A stretch of 64,000 bases of DNA from Takakia lepidozioides (taxonomy: Eukaryota > Plantae > Bryophyta), in NCBI GenBank assembly GCA_030704615.1, contig CM060734.1:9176001-9240000 (forward strand), in the 5' to 3' direction. This document shows, in pieces, positions 24,690 to 37,290 of this stretch (positions are counted from its first letter, which is position 1; each line of letters starts with the position of its first letter). The position numbers were made by a program, and so were the translations under genes. Below the pieces are notes generated by a model. That model was not told the DNA's origin and did no database searches. It saw nothing but the letters and a program-made list of their open reading frames with translations.

Positions 24690-25470
24690 CACCCTCTGTC
24701 CTGGGAACTCTCCCTTGGAAAGTGGAAGCGTGTTGATACAGGTCCATGTTTTGATGACCTTAAATCCGGAAGCCTTCATGTAACTGAAAAGGGTTCTGCG
24801 CGCCAACATGTCTTTTTGCCTGCAAAGAAAGAAGAGCTCCTGCATCAGACATAAATTTGTTGCTGAAAGAAAAAACCCACTGCCAGAAAAGGGCATCCGA
24901 CTTGTTCCACGATGGCGTTGTGTTGGATGGGAGAACATCCGGCATAGGCAAACCATCTAGAATGTCCAGGACCACCAGGTCTGTTGCGTACGCTTGTTGG
25001 CTTCCATTCACCCATTCAGGCCTTTTGGTGACCTGTTCCACATAACAAAAACAGAATACTAGTTAGGAATATGATAGAATCTTCAACCAAGTGAAAAACA
25101 TACCAAGCAGAGTTTTGTGTGGGCACCTTTGTGAGGAAAGAAACCAGGACGTCCCAAGTCTTCGATTTCTCTCCTTTGAATGTGGATTTTCTGGATTCCA
25201 TCATTGCCAAGAAGCTCTCGTTAATCACCTCACTTTCATACTGACCCTAAACCCGAGAAAGGTGCTCTCTGGCCTCGTAAGGCTGTTCTTTAGTTTTCAA
25301 AGTTCTCCTGTCCTTCCAAGTTGGAGAGGGTTGACGCTCCGTGGTGTCCTGCACAGCCTGTTCCTGCCCAGCCACAATCTTCCCCTTCCCCTTCCCATCA
25401 CCTGCGCCCTTCCCCTTGCGTTTGGGAGTGCTACTTTTCTCCGGCTCCTTTGCTGCGAGGGATTGAATTA
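24690..25470 (-). pseudogene. Middle exons of the element A ParB/MTase gene (motif-IV region), inverted
   Basis: SLAAKEPE.., INESFLAMMESRK, TDLVVLDILDG, FWQWVFSFSNKFMSDAGALL, SYMKASGFKVIKTWTC; homologous to element B 31896-32730. Confidence 0.75.
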
Positions 25471-28400
25471 TAATCAGCTGCCCTATTTCGCACATCGAGT
25501 CACTTATTGACACCATGTTTTTTGCCCCATGATCTGTTTTAGATCTGGGGCTGGTGTGTAATTTCAATGACAAGGTAGAGTAATATTCCCACCTCTTATT
25601 CCATGCCCCAAGACCAAGTTCTATGTCTGGGGTAGGGAAATCATTACCATAACAGGCTGTAATCAGATTTACATGCCATGCAATCATCCATAGGAAACAC
25701 GAAGAATCTGAATTGCTCATCCCATCAGGCCTGCAGGTTACTTTGGTATTATTTATCCTAAAGCAACTTGAATACAATGCCCGAATCATTCTGTTCACAT
25801 CTACCAATGTCTTACCATTCTGGAAAATAGGTAAACATTCAAGGGCATATAACCAAGGACCAGATTTGGCCACAAAAGATCCATCCATATCAGTTTGGCA
25901 TGGTATCAAGTGTCCTAAAGTAACCTACATTCAAAAACACTGCCTGGTCATGAAAACAAGTCTGCCCTACATTGTAGCATGTTACCATATCTCTTTAAAG
26001 CCATCAGCTTGTCATATCATTGCTCCATTGTCAAATCAGTATGCCATAGGGAACAAGAGATAGTCGCCCTAATGATTGATTGTCCACCATACTAGGTTAA
26101 ACATAGGAGCCATCAAGATCAAAGGAAAGAGGAAGAAAGGATTGTTCTCCCCCAAAGATACAGATGGCGTCGCTTCTTCAACTCGATTCCAATCAACTTC
26201 AAGCTTTAAAATCCATGTTAAGTGAGGACCCTCACCTGGTCCCATCACATGCAATCAGAAACAGTTAAGTTAGAGACGATGTGGAACCCCAAGTGAATCG
26301 CAGGTCTCACGCTTGTTATCATTGTACAACATGCAATACAAAGCAGGGGCAGAAAGGAAACAGAGCATATGCAAGCCAATACCTTGATGGCTTGTGGAAG
26401 AGAGGCCTGCGCCATAGCTCTCAAGACCAGTAAACAAGAATGCACAACAAAATGTACAAAGCATGCACAAAGAAAGTGAATCGCCCAAACTTAAAGAGTT
26501 CAGACACTTCCCTGAGGCCTTAAGATCGCCGCTTGTATCTTAATGATCAATGAAGGTCACAACAAGCAACCACAACACAGGTAGATCGCCCGCCAAGCAT
26601 TAGAGACAACTGCCACATGGAAATTGCAGGTACTGCTGCCATTGCGCACCCCAAGAGGGGAAGAAGGTACTGAATCTTGCCAGAACACCTAAATGCCTGA
26701 AAGGCGCAGCTCCATAGCATTCAAGGGCGCCTGAATCGAGCTCCATGCGCCCCCGCCACCATCTCTCAGCTCCAGCCATCCCTTAAGCACGATCGTCGTG
26801 CAGAGGGTTAGGACAGGGAAGAGATGAACCGCGTTTTCCCGCGATTTCATCCATTCGGGATGAAATCCATCACACGGGATGAGCTCTACCGCGCAGGATG
26901 AAATCTATTGTGATTTCATCCATGTTGGATGAAATTGTCTCTCAATTTTTCATCTGTGTCATCCTCTGAGGATGACATCCATTTATGGATGAAAAAATTA
27001 AATAATAGGATGGCTCCACTAGGATCCTGACCTTATACCAAAAATCCTGGTAATGTAAATAACCGAAATTAACCAAATTCCAAGAAGGTTAATTAGGGGT
27101 TAGGTAACATACCACTGGTCTTAAACTATCAAGTTTTAAAAGAACCAGCCAGATCCATGGAGGGAGGGAGAGAGAGGGAGAGAGAGGGAACCCACCAACC
27201 ATCCCCTGGAATGGCAGCTCCTTATGGAGTGAATGTGGTATGCACTCACCCCGTAAGGGAGTGCATACCAGACCCCATCACATAAATGACCTCCCTCTTC
27301 TTTGTAGCTTTTACTTCTGGTTGCAAAGGAACCATAGAAATAAACATGCCTACAATCTCAACTCTCCAAGGTCAAAAAAACAAAACAAGCCGTGACAAGC
27401 AAAGGTACATCAACACTTACATCATAATGTAGAGTTTTACCTTTTAGCTATACATAACCTCTGGTAATGGAAAGATGAGGCCAATGAAGGGACCTTAACT
27501 CCCCACAGGCCACTGGGCACAGCCGCCACAGCCTGTCACAGCCCCTCACAACCCGTCACAGCTTGCCACAGCCTGTCACAGCCCGTCACAGCCCCACAGC
27601 CACAGGGCACAGCCTGTCACAGCCCCTTATAGCCCGTCACAACCCCACAGGCCACAGGGCACAGCCTGTCACAGCCCTTATAGCCCGTCATAGCCCCACA
27701 GGCCACGGGGCAGAGCCTGTCAAGCCCCTCACAGCCCGTCACAGTCCCACAGGCCCCTGGGCACAGCCTGTCACAGCCCCTCACAGCCCCAAAGGCCTCA
27801 GGCACGGCCTGACACAGCCCGTCACAGCCCGTCACAGCCCCAAAGGCCTCAGGCACGGCCTGTCACAGCCCCTCACAGCCCATCACAGCCCCAAAGGTCA
27901 CGGGCACAGCCTCTCACAGCCTCTCACAGCCCGTCACAACCCCAAAGGCCAGGGGCGCAGCCTGTCACAGCCCGTGACAGCCCCGAAGGCCACTGGCGCA
28001 GCCCGTGACAGCCCCTCACAGCCCGTCACAGCCCCAAAAGGCCACCGGCATAGCCCCTCACAGCCCATCACAGCCCCAAGGCCACCGGCGCAGCCCGTCA
28101 CAGGCCCTCACAGCCCGTCACAGCCCGAAGGCCACCGGCACAGGCCCTCACAGGCCCTCACAGCCTTCACAGCCCCAAAGGCCACCGGCGCACCCCGTGA
28201 TAATCCCCTCACAACCGCCCTTCACAGCCCCCAAGGCCACCAGCATAGCCCCTCACAGCCCCTCACAGCCCCCAAGCCACAGGGACAGCCCGTCACAGCC
28301 CCATCCATGGCCGCTCTGGCAGTTTAGCCATTTCTCCAAGGGGTTTAGCCACGCCAGCTAGGGTTTTGTCTCTTGGACCTAGGCTTCTTTCCACCGAGCT

Positions 28401-31125
28401 ATGCGGCTGTGAGGAAATCAGCAAGGTATTCTTACTCTTTCGGCTCCCACACACCACCATAGTAGCCCTAAGCCATGAGGTGGTTGCCACAAACCAGCCT
28501 GCTTTCTCACTTAGCCTCCCCAACACGCCACTAAACTCAATGGCAAACAACCAAGCCCTGCTGGTTCCCAGCCCTTGTGAGCACTCATTCAAGCACTCTC
28601 CTTGGCCATAGCATCTGTCTTAGAGCCTATTCCAGCCCCCTACACCTGCTGCTTCAGGAGTTGCGCTCCCTTCAAGCTTGAAGTTGAAACCCCAACTCAC
28701 ATAGGCCCTACAAGTGGCTTTTCTTTCACTCCAAAGGGAAACCCAGCCTAGACCTTCTGTTCTAGCTCTCTAAGGCTTGAAAACAAGAGCCTCAATGGGC
28801 TGAAGGCATGCTCCACACATGCCCCACTCTCACCATAAGAGAATCAGCTCTTTTGCTTCATTTCTTGCACCCACAAACCTGAAAATACAAGCTTCAGCAG
28901 GCTGAAAGCATGCTCCCACATGCCCTACAAGGAAACCAACCCTTCCTTTCTTCTGCCCTACTCCCACACCTGAAAGTGCAAGCCTTCACCACGCTGATAG
29001 CATGCTCCACACATGCATTGCCCTCACATAAGGGAAGTCAGCCCTTCCCTCTTCCTTGCTTGCCCTCCAAGCTTGAAGATGGAAGCTTCAATGAGCTGAA
29101 TACATGCTCCACACATGCAACCTCTTCACACAAGAGATATCAGCCCCCTATCTTGGCTCCTTGGCTCCTTGATGCTCTCTAAGACAAGGACTAAGCACTC
29201 CACAGCCCTTGCCAAGCTCCTGAAACCCTAAGCTTACATTTTCCAGCCACAAGACACTCCTCTTGTGGTGCAAGAACTTTTTCTTCCAAGCTCTGAAACC
29301 CTAGGTGCACATTCCATGGCTTGCCGCACCTCTTAGCTCCTGTTCCAGCCCCGCTCTTGCCATGGCAAGAGCCCTCATACCACTGGAGTTTCAGATTGAA
29401 ACCGCCTTGAAACCGCCAACTCACATAGCCACAAATGCATTGGCTTGCATACAAGAGAAATCAGCCATCTCTCTTCACTCATACCTCCTTATGAGCTTGA
29501 AGTTGGAGCTCCCGATAACTGTGACTTACATCTAACACCCTCTCGCTACTCCACATGCTGCAGCTCCTTAACTCTGGCCTGCAGCTGAAGAAGACGACAC
29601 CAGTTCACCCACTCGAGACCAGCATCTCCCCCTCTTCATACTAAAGCCCAAACTTGGTTGCCATAGCGTTGAGCTATGCAATGCCGCTCTTCAACGTGCC
29701 TACCGCCTCTCTATCCATTGCCAACCTGCAACCTGTTCGCCTTTGCACTCTATCCACTTTGGATATGCTCATGCACGGATCCCTGACTCTAGGCTGGAAC
29801 CGCTTCTTATGAAACACAAGTGCTACAACACAAACTCGAACCTGGCACTCACAGACTCGAGCTGATCTTTCTCGAGTGATCAGAGAAGCATACAATCACG
29901 AGCTCACAAATTTGAAGCATAACTCATGCATCTATAACCTCATCACTCAAATACAGTCAAAAAGGCCAATTGCACCCCACGCATGGGAATCACACTACGG
30001 CGCCATAAGCTAGGCGCGGTGAGGCTCAACTCTAGAAGATGAGCCTCCCGCTTGCCGTGAAGTTTAACCACTCCATTGGCCTAAATCTGCCTTGACCCTT
30101 GGATTGACAGGGATGCCTCGGCGTGAGCCTGGTCACGTGAGCGCGATTGCGCTCACGCCACGTCACCTTGCGCAAATGCCACGTCACGGGCTCAGTCCAC
30201 GTCATCACACACGTGAGGCCGAGTCACCACCGCACCCAGAAAGAAGTGGAGTGTATTCCCGCGGATTGGCACCCTTTACCGCGGAAACAAGCTGGACGAC
30301 ATAATAAAAGGCATTGAATAAATGATGGATGAATGTACAGTTGGATGATAAACAGATGGATGAGTTGAAAAATCTATGTAGATGGATGAATGACGGATGG
30401 ATAAGAGTAAAATGGATGAATGTATAATGGATGTTGAGCAATGACAAAAATTCATGACAGGAAGATGCATGACCAAATCTTTTGACGAATGCACAAAGTA
30501 TATGAAATGAGTGTGGAAGGTTTGTGGGGTGGATTAAAGAGTACAGAGGATGAATGTACAATGGATGTTGTACAAAGGAAGCTTTCATGAATGGAGCACG
30601 CATGAATACAGTGTAGATGAATGCACAATGGATATGAGAAGAGTCAGGAAGGTTTGTGAGATGGATTCATACATATAGCAATTTAAACGAAAGTTGATTC
30701 TGTGATTATTATTTGTTCTAAAGGAACAACTACGGTAGAGTAAGGGGATTCAACGTTTTCCAGATAATATGAAAATGAATATTAAAAGAATACAGTTCAG
30801 TCTGACTCAGAGTCAGTACAATGTATCCCCTCTTCCTCTGCATCTAAGTCTAAGTATTTTAGAACACCGGATCCACGCTGGATACACCTACGGCTGGCCA
30901 CTAAAAAGTCAGGGGATAGGGACTCGGCGCGTGAAGTGCCATTGCTTCGGCATAAACAGGGAGCAGAAAATTGGAAAGGGGGCTGTCGAAAACAGACTCG
31001 CCAGAAATGACTGTATCTCCTGAAGATCCACCGCTGGCTTTCCTGAAAGACAGCCTGAAAAAGTTATTACTGTAACTTTGATGTTATCGAGAAATTGAGT
31101 ATGACTCCCAAAGAGGGTTTAGCAC

Positions 31126-34100
31126 TTACTCACATGAAAAGTCGTTGTCGACCTGCTTATCTTCGGGATCGTCATCATTTCGAATATGAATCCGATCAGT
31201 CTGTGTGCCTGAAGTGGAGCCAGACAAAAGGGGGAGGAGCACTGTGTTGTAGAGGTCAGAATCACCCTCCATACCAAAAAGGCTTCTTCCGCCTGCCTTG
31301 CATGCGTGGTAAGTTGCTCCTGCACCAGACAGGAGAACATAAACAGTTTGGAGGGGGGATTTAAGCAGATGAAACTGTTGAAAGGAAACCAATTCGGAAG
31401 GGAAAAACGAACCTGTGGACACAGAAAGATCGACCACCCGTGCAGAGCGGTGGCTGCATGACTCCAGCAGTATTTGCATGAATGCTGGTGACTTTTCCTT
31501 TGCACCTCTCCAGGGAGTGCCATCTGGTCTCTTCAGAGTCTGACTGGACTGCATGAAGTTGTACAAAATGTCATCGACATGGGGCTCATAGGGGGGGTTG
31601 ACGAAACAACCCTGGTCAGAAATCTCAAAGCTGCGGATGGAGGATGGTGTCTTTGATGTGCGAATCCTCCGCAGGCAGATCGCCTCGAACATCCTCGTCT
31701 GCCAAGATAGCAGGTTAGTGTGGTAAACACAATCTAAAGTGGAAGTGTGTACATCGGCTATTCAGAACTCTGACACAAAAAACCATGAATCGTTGATGAT
31801 CGGTGTCGATCATAAAACATCTCTAGAGTGGAGCTGCAGAGAGAAAGAAAATTGAAACTCATGATCAAAGCATAAGCAGAAGGCAGACGGCATACCAGCT
31901 GACCAGGGAAACCCCCTTTCACAAGGTAGAGGCTGTTCACACAATTCCATGTGCGCAAAACTTCAAACCCTGAAGACTTGAGGTATGATGCCAATGCCCG
32001 ACGACTATCATTGTCACATGACTGAAAAAGCAGAAGTGTCCCTGCATCAGAGAGGAAATTGTTACAGAACCCGAATACCCAACTCCAGTAGTTGTCCTCG
32101 AATTTGTTCCCCCTGGCGTCTTGCCCTTTGGAAGAACTTCTGGCACAGCCTGGCCATCCGGAATGTCGAGAATGACAATGTCGGCCGCATAAGTTTTCTG
32201 CACACCGCACACGAAGGTGGGACCTGTGCTCACCTGCAACAGACATGTTTTTTATAAGAACGATGGCAAGAATGTTTTCAAAGAACGAGACTGAAATACT
32301 GCCAACGAAACATTCAGAGAAAAAGGAAAGAAACTGGAATTCTCACCACCAGATTGAGGAATGAGATTATATTGTCCCAGGTAGGGGATGGCACCCCAGT
32401 GTATCCTCTCTTTCGACTCTGCATCATCGAAAGCCAACCCTCATTAACAATTTTCATCTCTCCTGCTGAATCAGAACGGGAAGGGTGTGGCTTGGCATCG
32501 AACACGCACTGAAGAGTGCGGGTATATCTTCCAGCACTAAAGTCCTGCCCACTCTCCATCTCCTTTTCATTCTCCTTCCCCTTGTCCTTTTCCTTCTCTT
32601 TGGACTTGTCTTTGTCCTTTGGCTTTGCTGGTGAGATGGCTATGACATCAACAGCCTTGTCTTTTGGTTTGCGGCCCGCCTTCTTTCCCTTCTGCGCGCG
32701 TTCCCTGAGCATCAGGCTCCTTGGCAGCCAAGGTTGCTATGTTTCGTTGATACTCTTCGTCAGTCAAAGGCGCCAGCATCTCAGCGTTATTGTTCAAGTA
32801 TTTCATATGCTGTTCTTGAAAGGTCGTGTGCTCAGGTGGGCAGTCAAGGTACCACCCACAGTCTCTGAAGTGAGAAGGACTCCAGTCCTTCAATATCCCT
32901 GCAGTATACATGGTTGGATCGTTTGCAGGGTCCGACCACATGTCAAGATAGTCGGGAATTCCGCTCAGGTGATTTCCTTCCATAAGCACATATTTCGTGT
33001 ACCTGAAAAAAGGAGATGAATCCCAACCCACAAAAGCGCTCAGTGAGTAAGATGCAAGTAGAACAGAAGAATAAAAAACATGGATTGAAATGGCTCTGAC
33101 AACTGCTCCAAGGACCTTTCAGGACCACACTACTGCTCCAGATATGAATGTCGTCAACGCCATTCAGAACATTCCATTCCATGACACTGTAAATACATCC
33201 TAATCCAGGTGAATGCAAATAAGCGATTAGAAATGACACAGACATAGAAGTGAATGTCGTCAACGACATTCAAGAATGAAGCCAAATTATTACTGAAATG
33301 AAGCAAAATCACAGGATGGAAATAAAAAATTGAGTAAGGAACCATCCAGGAAAACTCAATGCACATTCATAACGAACCTATCACTGAGGACCTCACAACA
33401 TCACTGTATGTGAATGGCGTCAACGCCATTCACAAAAATACAAAAAAGAAACCAATTACTTAGCTCCCCAATCCATGAAAATTGAATTTGTCGTTTTTGA
33501 ATAATACAGACACAGCTGTGAATGTCGTCAACGACATTCACTTTGGATTTCTTAAAACAGAGCTTATCAAGCCTCCATATTCATCGCAAGAGGAAAAAAC
33601 AATGCAGAACAACTGAATGTCTGCATTGACATTCAGCAAAATGAAGTGATCAACCCTCATTGTAACCTCTATGGACATTACAAAAATTTAAATAACCTTG
33701 AGGACCACACAACAACTCCGTATGTGAATGTCGTCAACGCCATTCAAGGACATTATCAATTCTAATCAGGGACAATATAATTGCACCCTTAGATCCTAAC
33801 CAGGTGAATTCATATACTCGCTTAAGAATGACTCAGACAAAGAAGTGAATGTCGTCAACGACATTCAATCTGGATCTAAGATTGCAATCCATATGAAGCC
33901 ACAATTTTTCCCAAAAAAACAGTAGAGTTTCAAGTATGACATTTCACCTGTACACAACTCGCATCATGGCCCACTCTCCTCCAACCTGACTGTCAAAGTC
34001 GTTGGACCGTAAAATGTTACCATCTTTGGAGAACTCCCGGAAAAAACAGTATCTCCAGGTGAGACCTCTCCACTTCCTTATGTATGCCTCCAATGACATT

Positions 34101-36435
34101 TGGGGAGGGGAAACAATCGCAATGTTCAGGTCCTTCAAAGTCTGATCCAGCACAATGACGGCGCGCTTTTCGAGCTGCAAATAGTATATTTGTCAGAATT
34201 GCAAAAAAGAACACATCACATACTTGAAGAGAAGAAACAGCATGTTCGAATACACACCTGACTCCAAAATGTAGCCTTGTGGAGCCAGTTATCAAACACC
34301 AAATCACTGATTCCTTCCACCTTTGTGCCAGGCTGTATGGTGCTCTTTGGGAACTGATTCAAGTCCTTTACTGTTTGATCTGAGTTCCATATCTCCAGCC
34401 ACCTTATTTTTGTTTGTGGGTCGACCATCGATATGGCCAGCCGGTGCAATTTCTCCTGCTGCATCTCCGGATGCACATGCTTGTCATAGTGTGTTTTGAT
34501 CTGCTGAAGGAACTCAGGACCAAGTCCAGGATCTACTATTCTAAGCTGCTTTCCGAAGGCTGACATCAATTTGGTTCTTCGCATCTCAAACTCCTTCTTT
34601 ATTGCAGCTTCCACACCCTTTGATGTCCTTAGTTCCTCTGGTGTAGTGCGGTAATATTCGGATTTTCCCTTCTCAGCTGCCTCTGCCAGTTCTTGCTGCA
34701 TTCATTCAAGTAGTGATTAGCTCCGAAGGGACTCTAAACATGTATTCGAAAAGTAAACAGATTACAGACTCGGGCTTACCGCATACATGTACTCCAGAAA
34801 CGCCTCTCGTGTCAAAGAATACCAAGTGCCTGCAGCTCTTCCTGTTTCGCACTTCTTGATGATATTGGGTGGTAGTACTGTCCGAAAATCATCCAGCTTC
34901 ATCAGACCAATCCTCTGAATTCGGAATAGTGTGTGAACCAAGCTTGTTGTCACATGCGATTTCTCTGTCGATCTGCAAAAACATTGAAAACATTGCATTC
35001 CTTAACACTGTTTTTTGAGGATCAACAAGACACTACAGAGGGAATGAAATCTCCTGGATGACTTACTTGTTCACGTCGTGCATAGCTGTAAGAAGCCTAG
35101 CGATGTCGTTTCCTAGATCCAAAACCATTGCCTCCACAGCAACATGCTTGTCTTTGTCTTTCGAATGGTGTTTCTGAATGTATCCCATCCATGCCAGCAA
35201 TCGGTGGTTGCCGTCCCAGACGTAGAACATGTGGTTGCAAAATTGCTGGGTGTTCTTTCCCATCATGAGGCCCAGCTCGAACTCCTCATTGGCATCTTTC
35301 CAGCACTCATCCCAGTTATCACTGATCTCTGGAGAAACTAATGTGCTTTTCCCATTTATATCCGTCAGTGACACATAAAAAACTTGTGCACCAAGTCTAT
35401 ATCCATGCACAAAATCACTCTCCAATTTTGTTATGTCATGGGAAAGAGGTGGACGCACAACAGGCATTGATATCATCCGGCACAGAGGTATGTCCAGACG
35501 CCCTCCAGATACGAGCATGTCCCTTATAACCTCCTGAGAGTTTACCTTCTGGAATGACATGAGTTCTTTCACCTTGTCAAGGTAGTGCACTTCGGATTCA
35601 TCTGCTTCATCTGTATTCTCTGAGCTTTTTGCGGACTCGTCCCCATCTCCAGATCCTTTCCCCTCTGATCCTGTAGGCTTCGACCTCACAGTTTTCTGCA
35701 CGATGCCATTCAGTTCTGACTAAGTGATTTGCAAATAGTGAATGGCGGTAACGACAATCACTCTGTATCAAGGAAACTCACCATGAATGGTGTGAAAGAA
35801 TTCAGCACAATCTACACATGCAAAGCCGAGACTGCCGTATTCAAAACAAAAGTGAGAGCGATAGCGAACGGCGTTAACGACAATCACAAAAGATAACAAC
35901 CTGCCGGATCGGTGTTGTGTAATGACATATATGTGCAACTGATTGGCGGCAACGACATTCAGTGTAGTTTAGGGAGAATAGTAAGTGCAGACTCTCTCTT
36001 CAAACACATAGGTACATAAATCTCATGAGCAGAATCGAATGGCGTTAACGACGCTCGCGATTCAGTAGTTCCTGCTAAAGAATGGAAGAGGAAGGACTCC
36101 TTGAAAGGCAATCACACAGACTATATGATAAAACTTACTGGCACCTTCTTAGGTTTTGAAATTTGATCCCCTTCTGCAGCTTTCCTCTTCCCTCTCACAT
36201 CTGCTGGAGTTTCTGTCTGCGCAAGGGTTTCTTGACCTTCTTCAGGTTCGGCGTTCCGCGTGCTTCCACCTTCTTCAGTGTCCCTGCGATTCATCTCTGC
36301 CTCCACAGGCTGGCGCACTCTTATCGCCGACTGTGTCGCAGCCGCTGCCTCAGTCTCCGTCTGCTCTTGTGAATCAGTCTCCGCGTTCACCTGCTGCCTT
36401 GGCCCTGTGTTCTCCAACAAACGACGCCTCGTCAT
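31126..36435 (-). CDS. Multi-exon ParB/Srx-like + beta-class amino-methyltransferase-like fusion protein (about 9 exons, a few frameshifts)
   Basis: Exons ~36435-36139, 35695-35067 (MFYVWDGNHRLLAW), ~34972-34781, ~34696-34260, ~34174-33947, ~33002-32350, ~32233-31896 (ADIVILDIPDG; WVFGFCNNFLSDAGTLLLF), ~31710-31412 (KEKSPAFMQILLESCSHRSARVVDLSVSTG), ~31326-31126 (ATYHACKAGGRSLFGMEGD); GT-AG boundaries shared with element A. Confidence 0.8.
33144..33870. repeat. Palindrome array of element B (7 copies, intronic): GTGAATGTCGT-CA-ACGACATTCAC
   Basis: Copies at ~33145, 33251, 33411, 33519, 33614 (degenerate), 33725, 33846. Confidence 0.9.
35738..36060. repeat. Second, more degenerate palindrome array of element B (intron 1)
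   Basis: GAATGGCG(G/T)TAACGACAATC-like copies at ~35739, 35865, 35940, 36037. Confidence 0.7.
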
Positions 36436-37290
36436 TTTCTCTCTTGCTCTGCGTCTCTCTCTAAGGGAAGTAAAATAAAGAGACTTTCTTCTCTTTCGTA
36501 TTCTAGAAGGAACCCTCTCCAGCTTGACTACCACTCTCCCTCTAAGCGCGAAAAGTAGAAAAACGCAGTGACTCTCGATTTCTTGCGGGATTGCCTGTGT
36601 TCTTGCGTGTCTCTAGAAGCATCGGATTCCCTCCCGCGTGACCGTTACACATAGTCGTTTCGTTATTAGTGCACATGCCAGCAATTGGTGTACAGCTGTT
36701 CGTATTCAGTTATGGATGTCTGACGTGTGCCGCCCAAAACAAAACGGCGTGTTCTAAATTATAACTGGTTCAATATTTAAAAAGAACAGCGAATCCCAGA
36801 AATTGATGCGCAGTCTTAAACAAATAAATATAAATGAACGAGAGTTTGATGACAAATTTTGGAATATCATACACGGTCATCCTTGTTATCCAAACCCCAC
36901 ATTCGTTGCACATTTGGAACTTTCCAGGTGCGCATGATCATTGGTAGTAGTATATAGATACATTTACTTAATCTGCAATCCCATTCTCGGATCCTGTGGC
37001 ATGCTTCCAGGAAGTCGGCTTTGTTATTGGGTTTATTGATGAGGTTCTGATTAACGGTTTAACAGTTGCCGACACTGCCCCTATGGATTCTCTGACCACT
37101 GGGCCCACAAGAAAAGTAATTAAAATGGACGGCTGCATATCTGGAATGAATAACAGAATATGCACAGTCGTTATCTGAGCTTCCTCCGCCATATGCTCTG
37201 CTCATTCTTCAACTGTGTTCTGGAGACAGCAGTAAACCGATTTACACTAGATCTGCGATAGCAAGGTACAAACATACTCGAGGAAGGAAG

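Larger units (their letters stand above)
1294..25470. mobile_element. MULE-like element A (transposase + ParB/MTase gene), internally deleted, partly inverted, interrupted by CACTA; right end not found
   Basis: Left end GGGAAGCTAGCGCGTGAGCGCGCTCACGC plus repeated GCGTGAGC resembles the ends of element B; same two genes as B; no matching right terminus or TSD seen. Confidence 0.7.

Noticed and set aside
25470-25909. ORF 25247-25909 as a single gene
   Set aside because: Crosses the inversion breakpoint; the N-terminal part has no recognisable motif
33144-33870. CRISPR array (palindromic ~24-bp repeats with spacers); likewise 7204-7735
   Set aside because: Spacers are long, uneven and partly homologous to each other, repeats vary, no cas genes are present, and the arrays lie within spliceosomal introns
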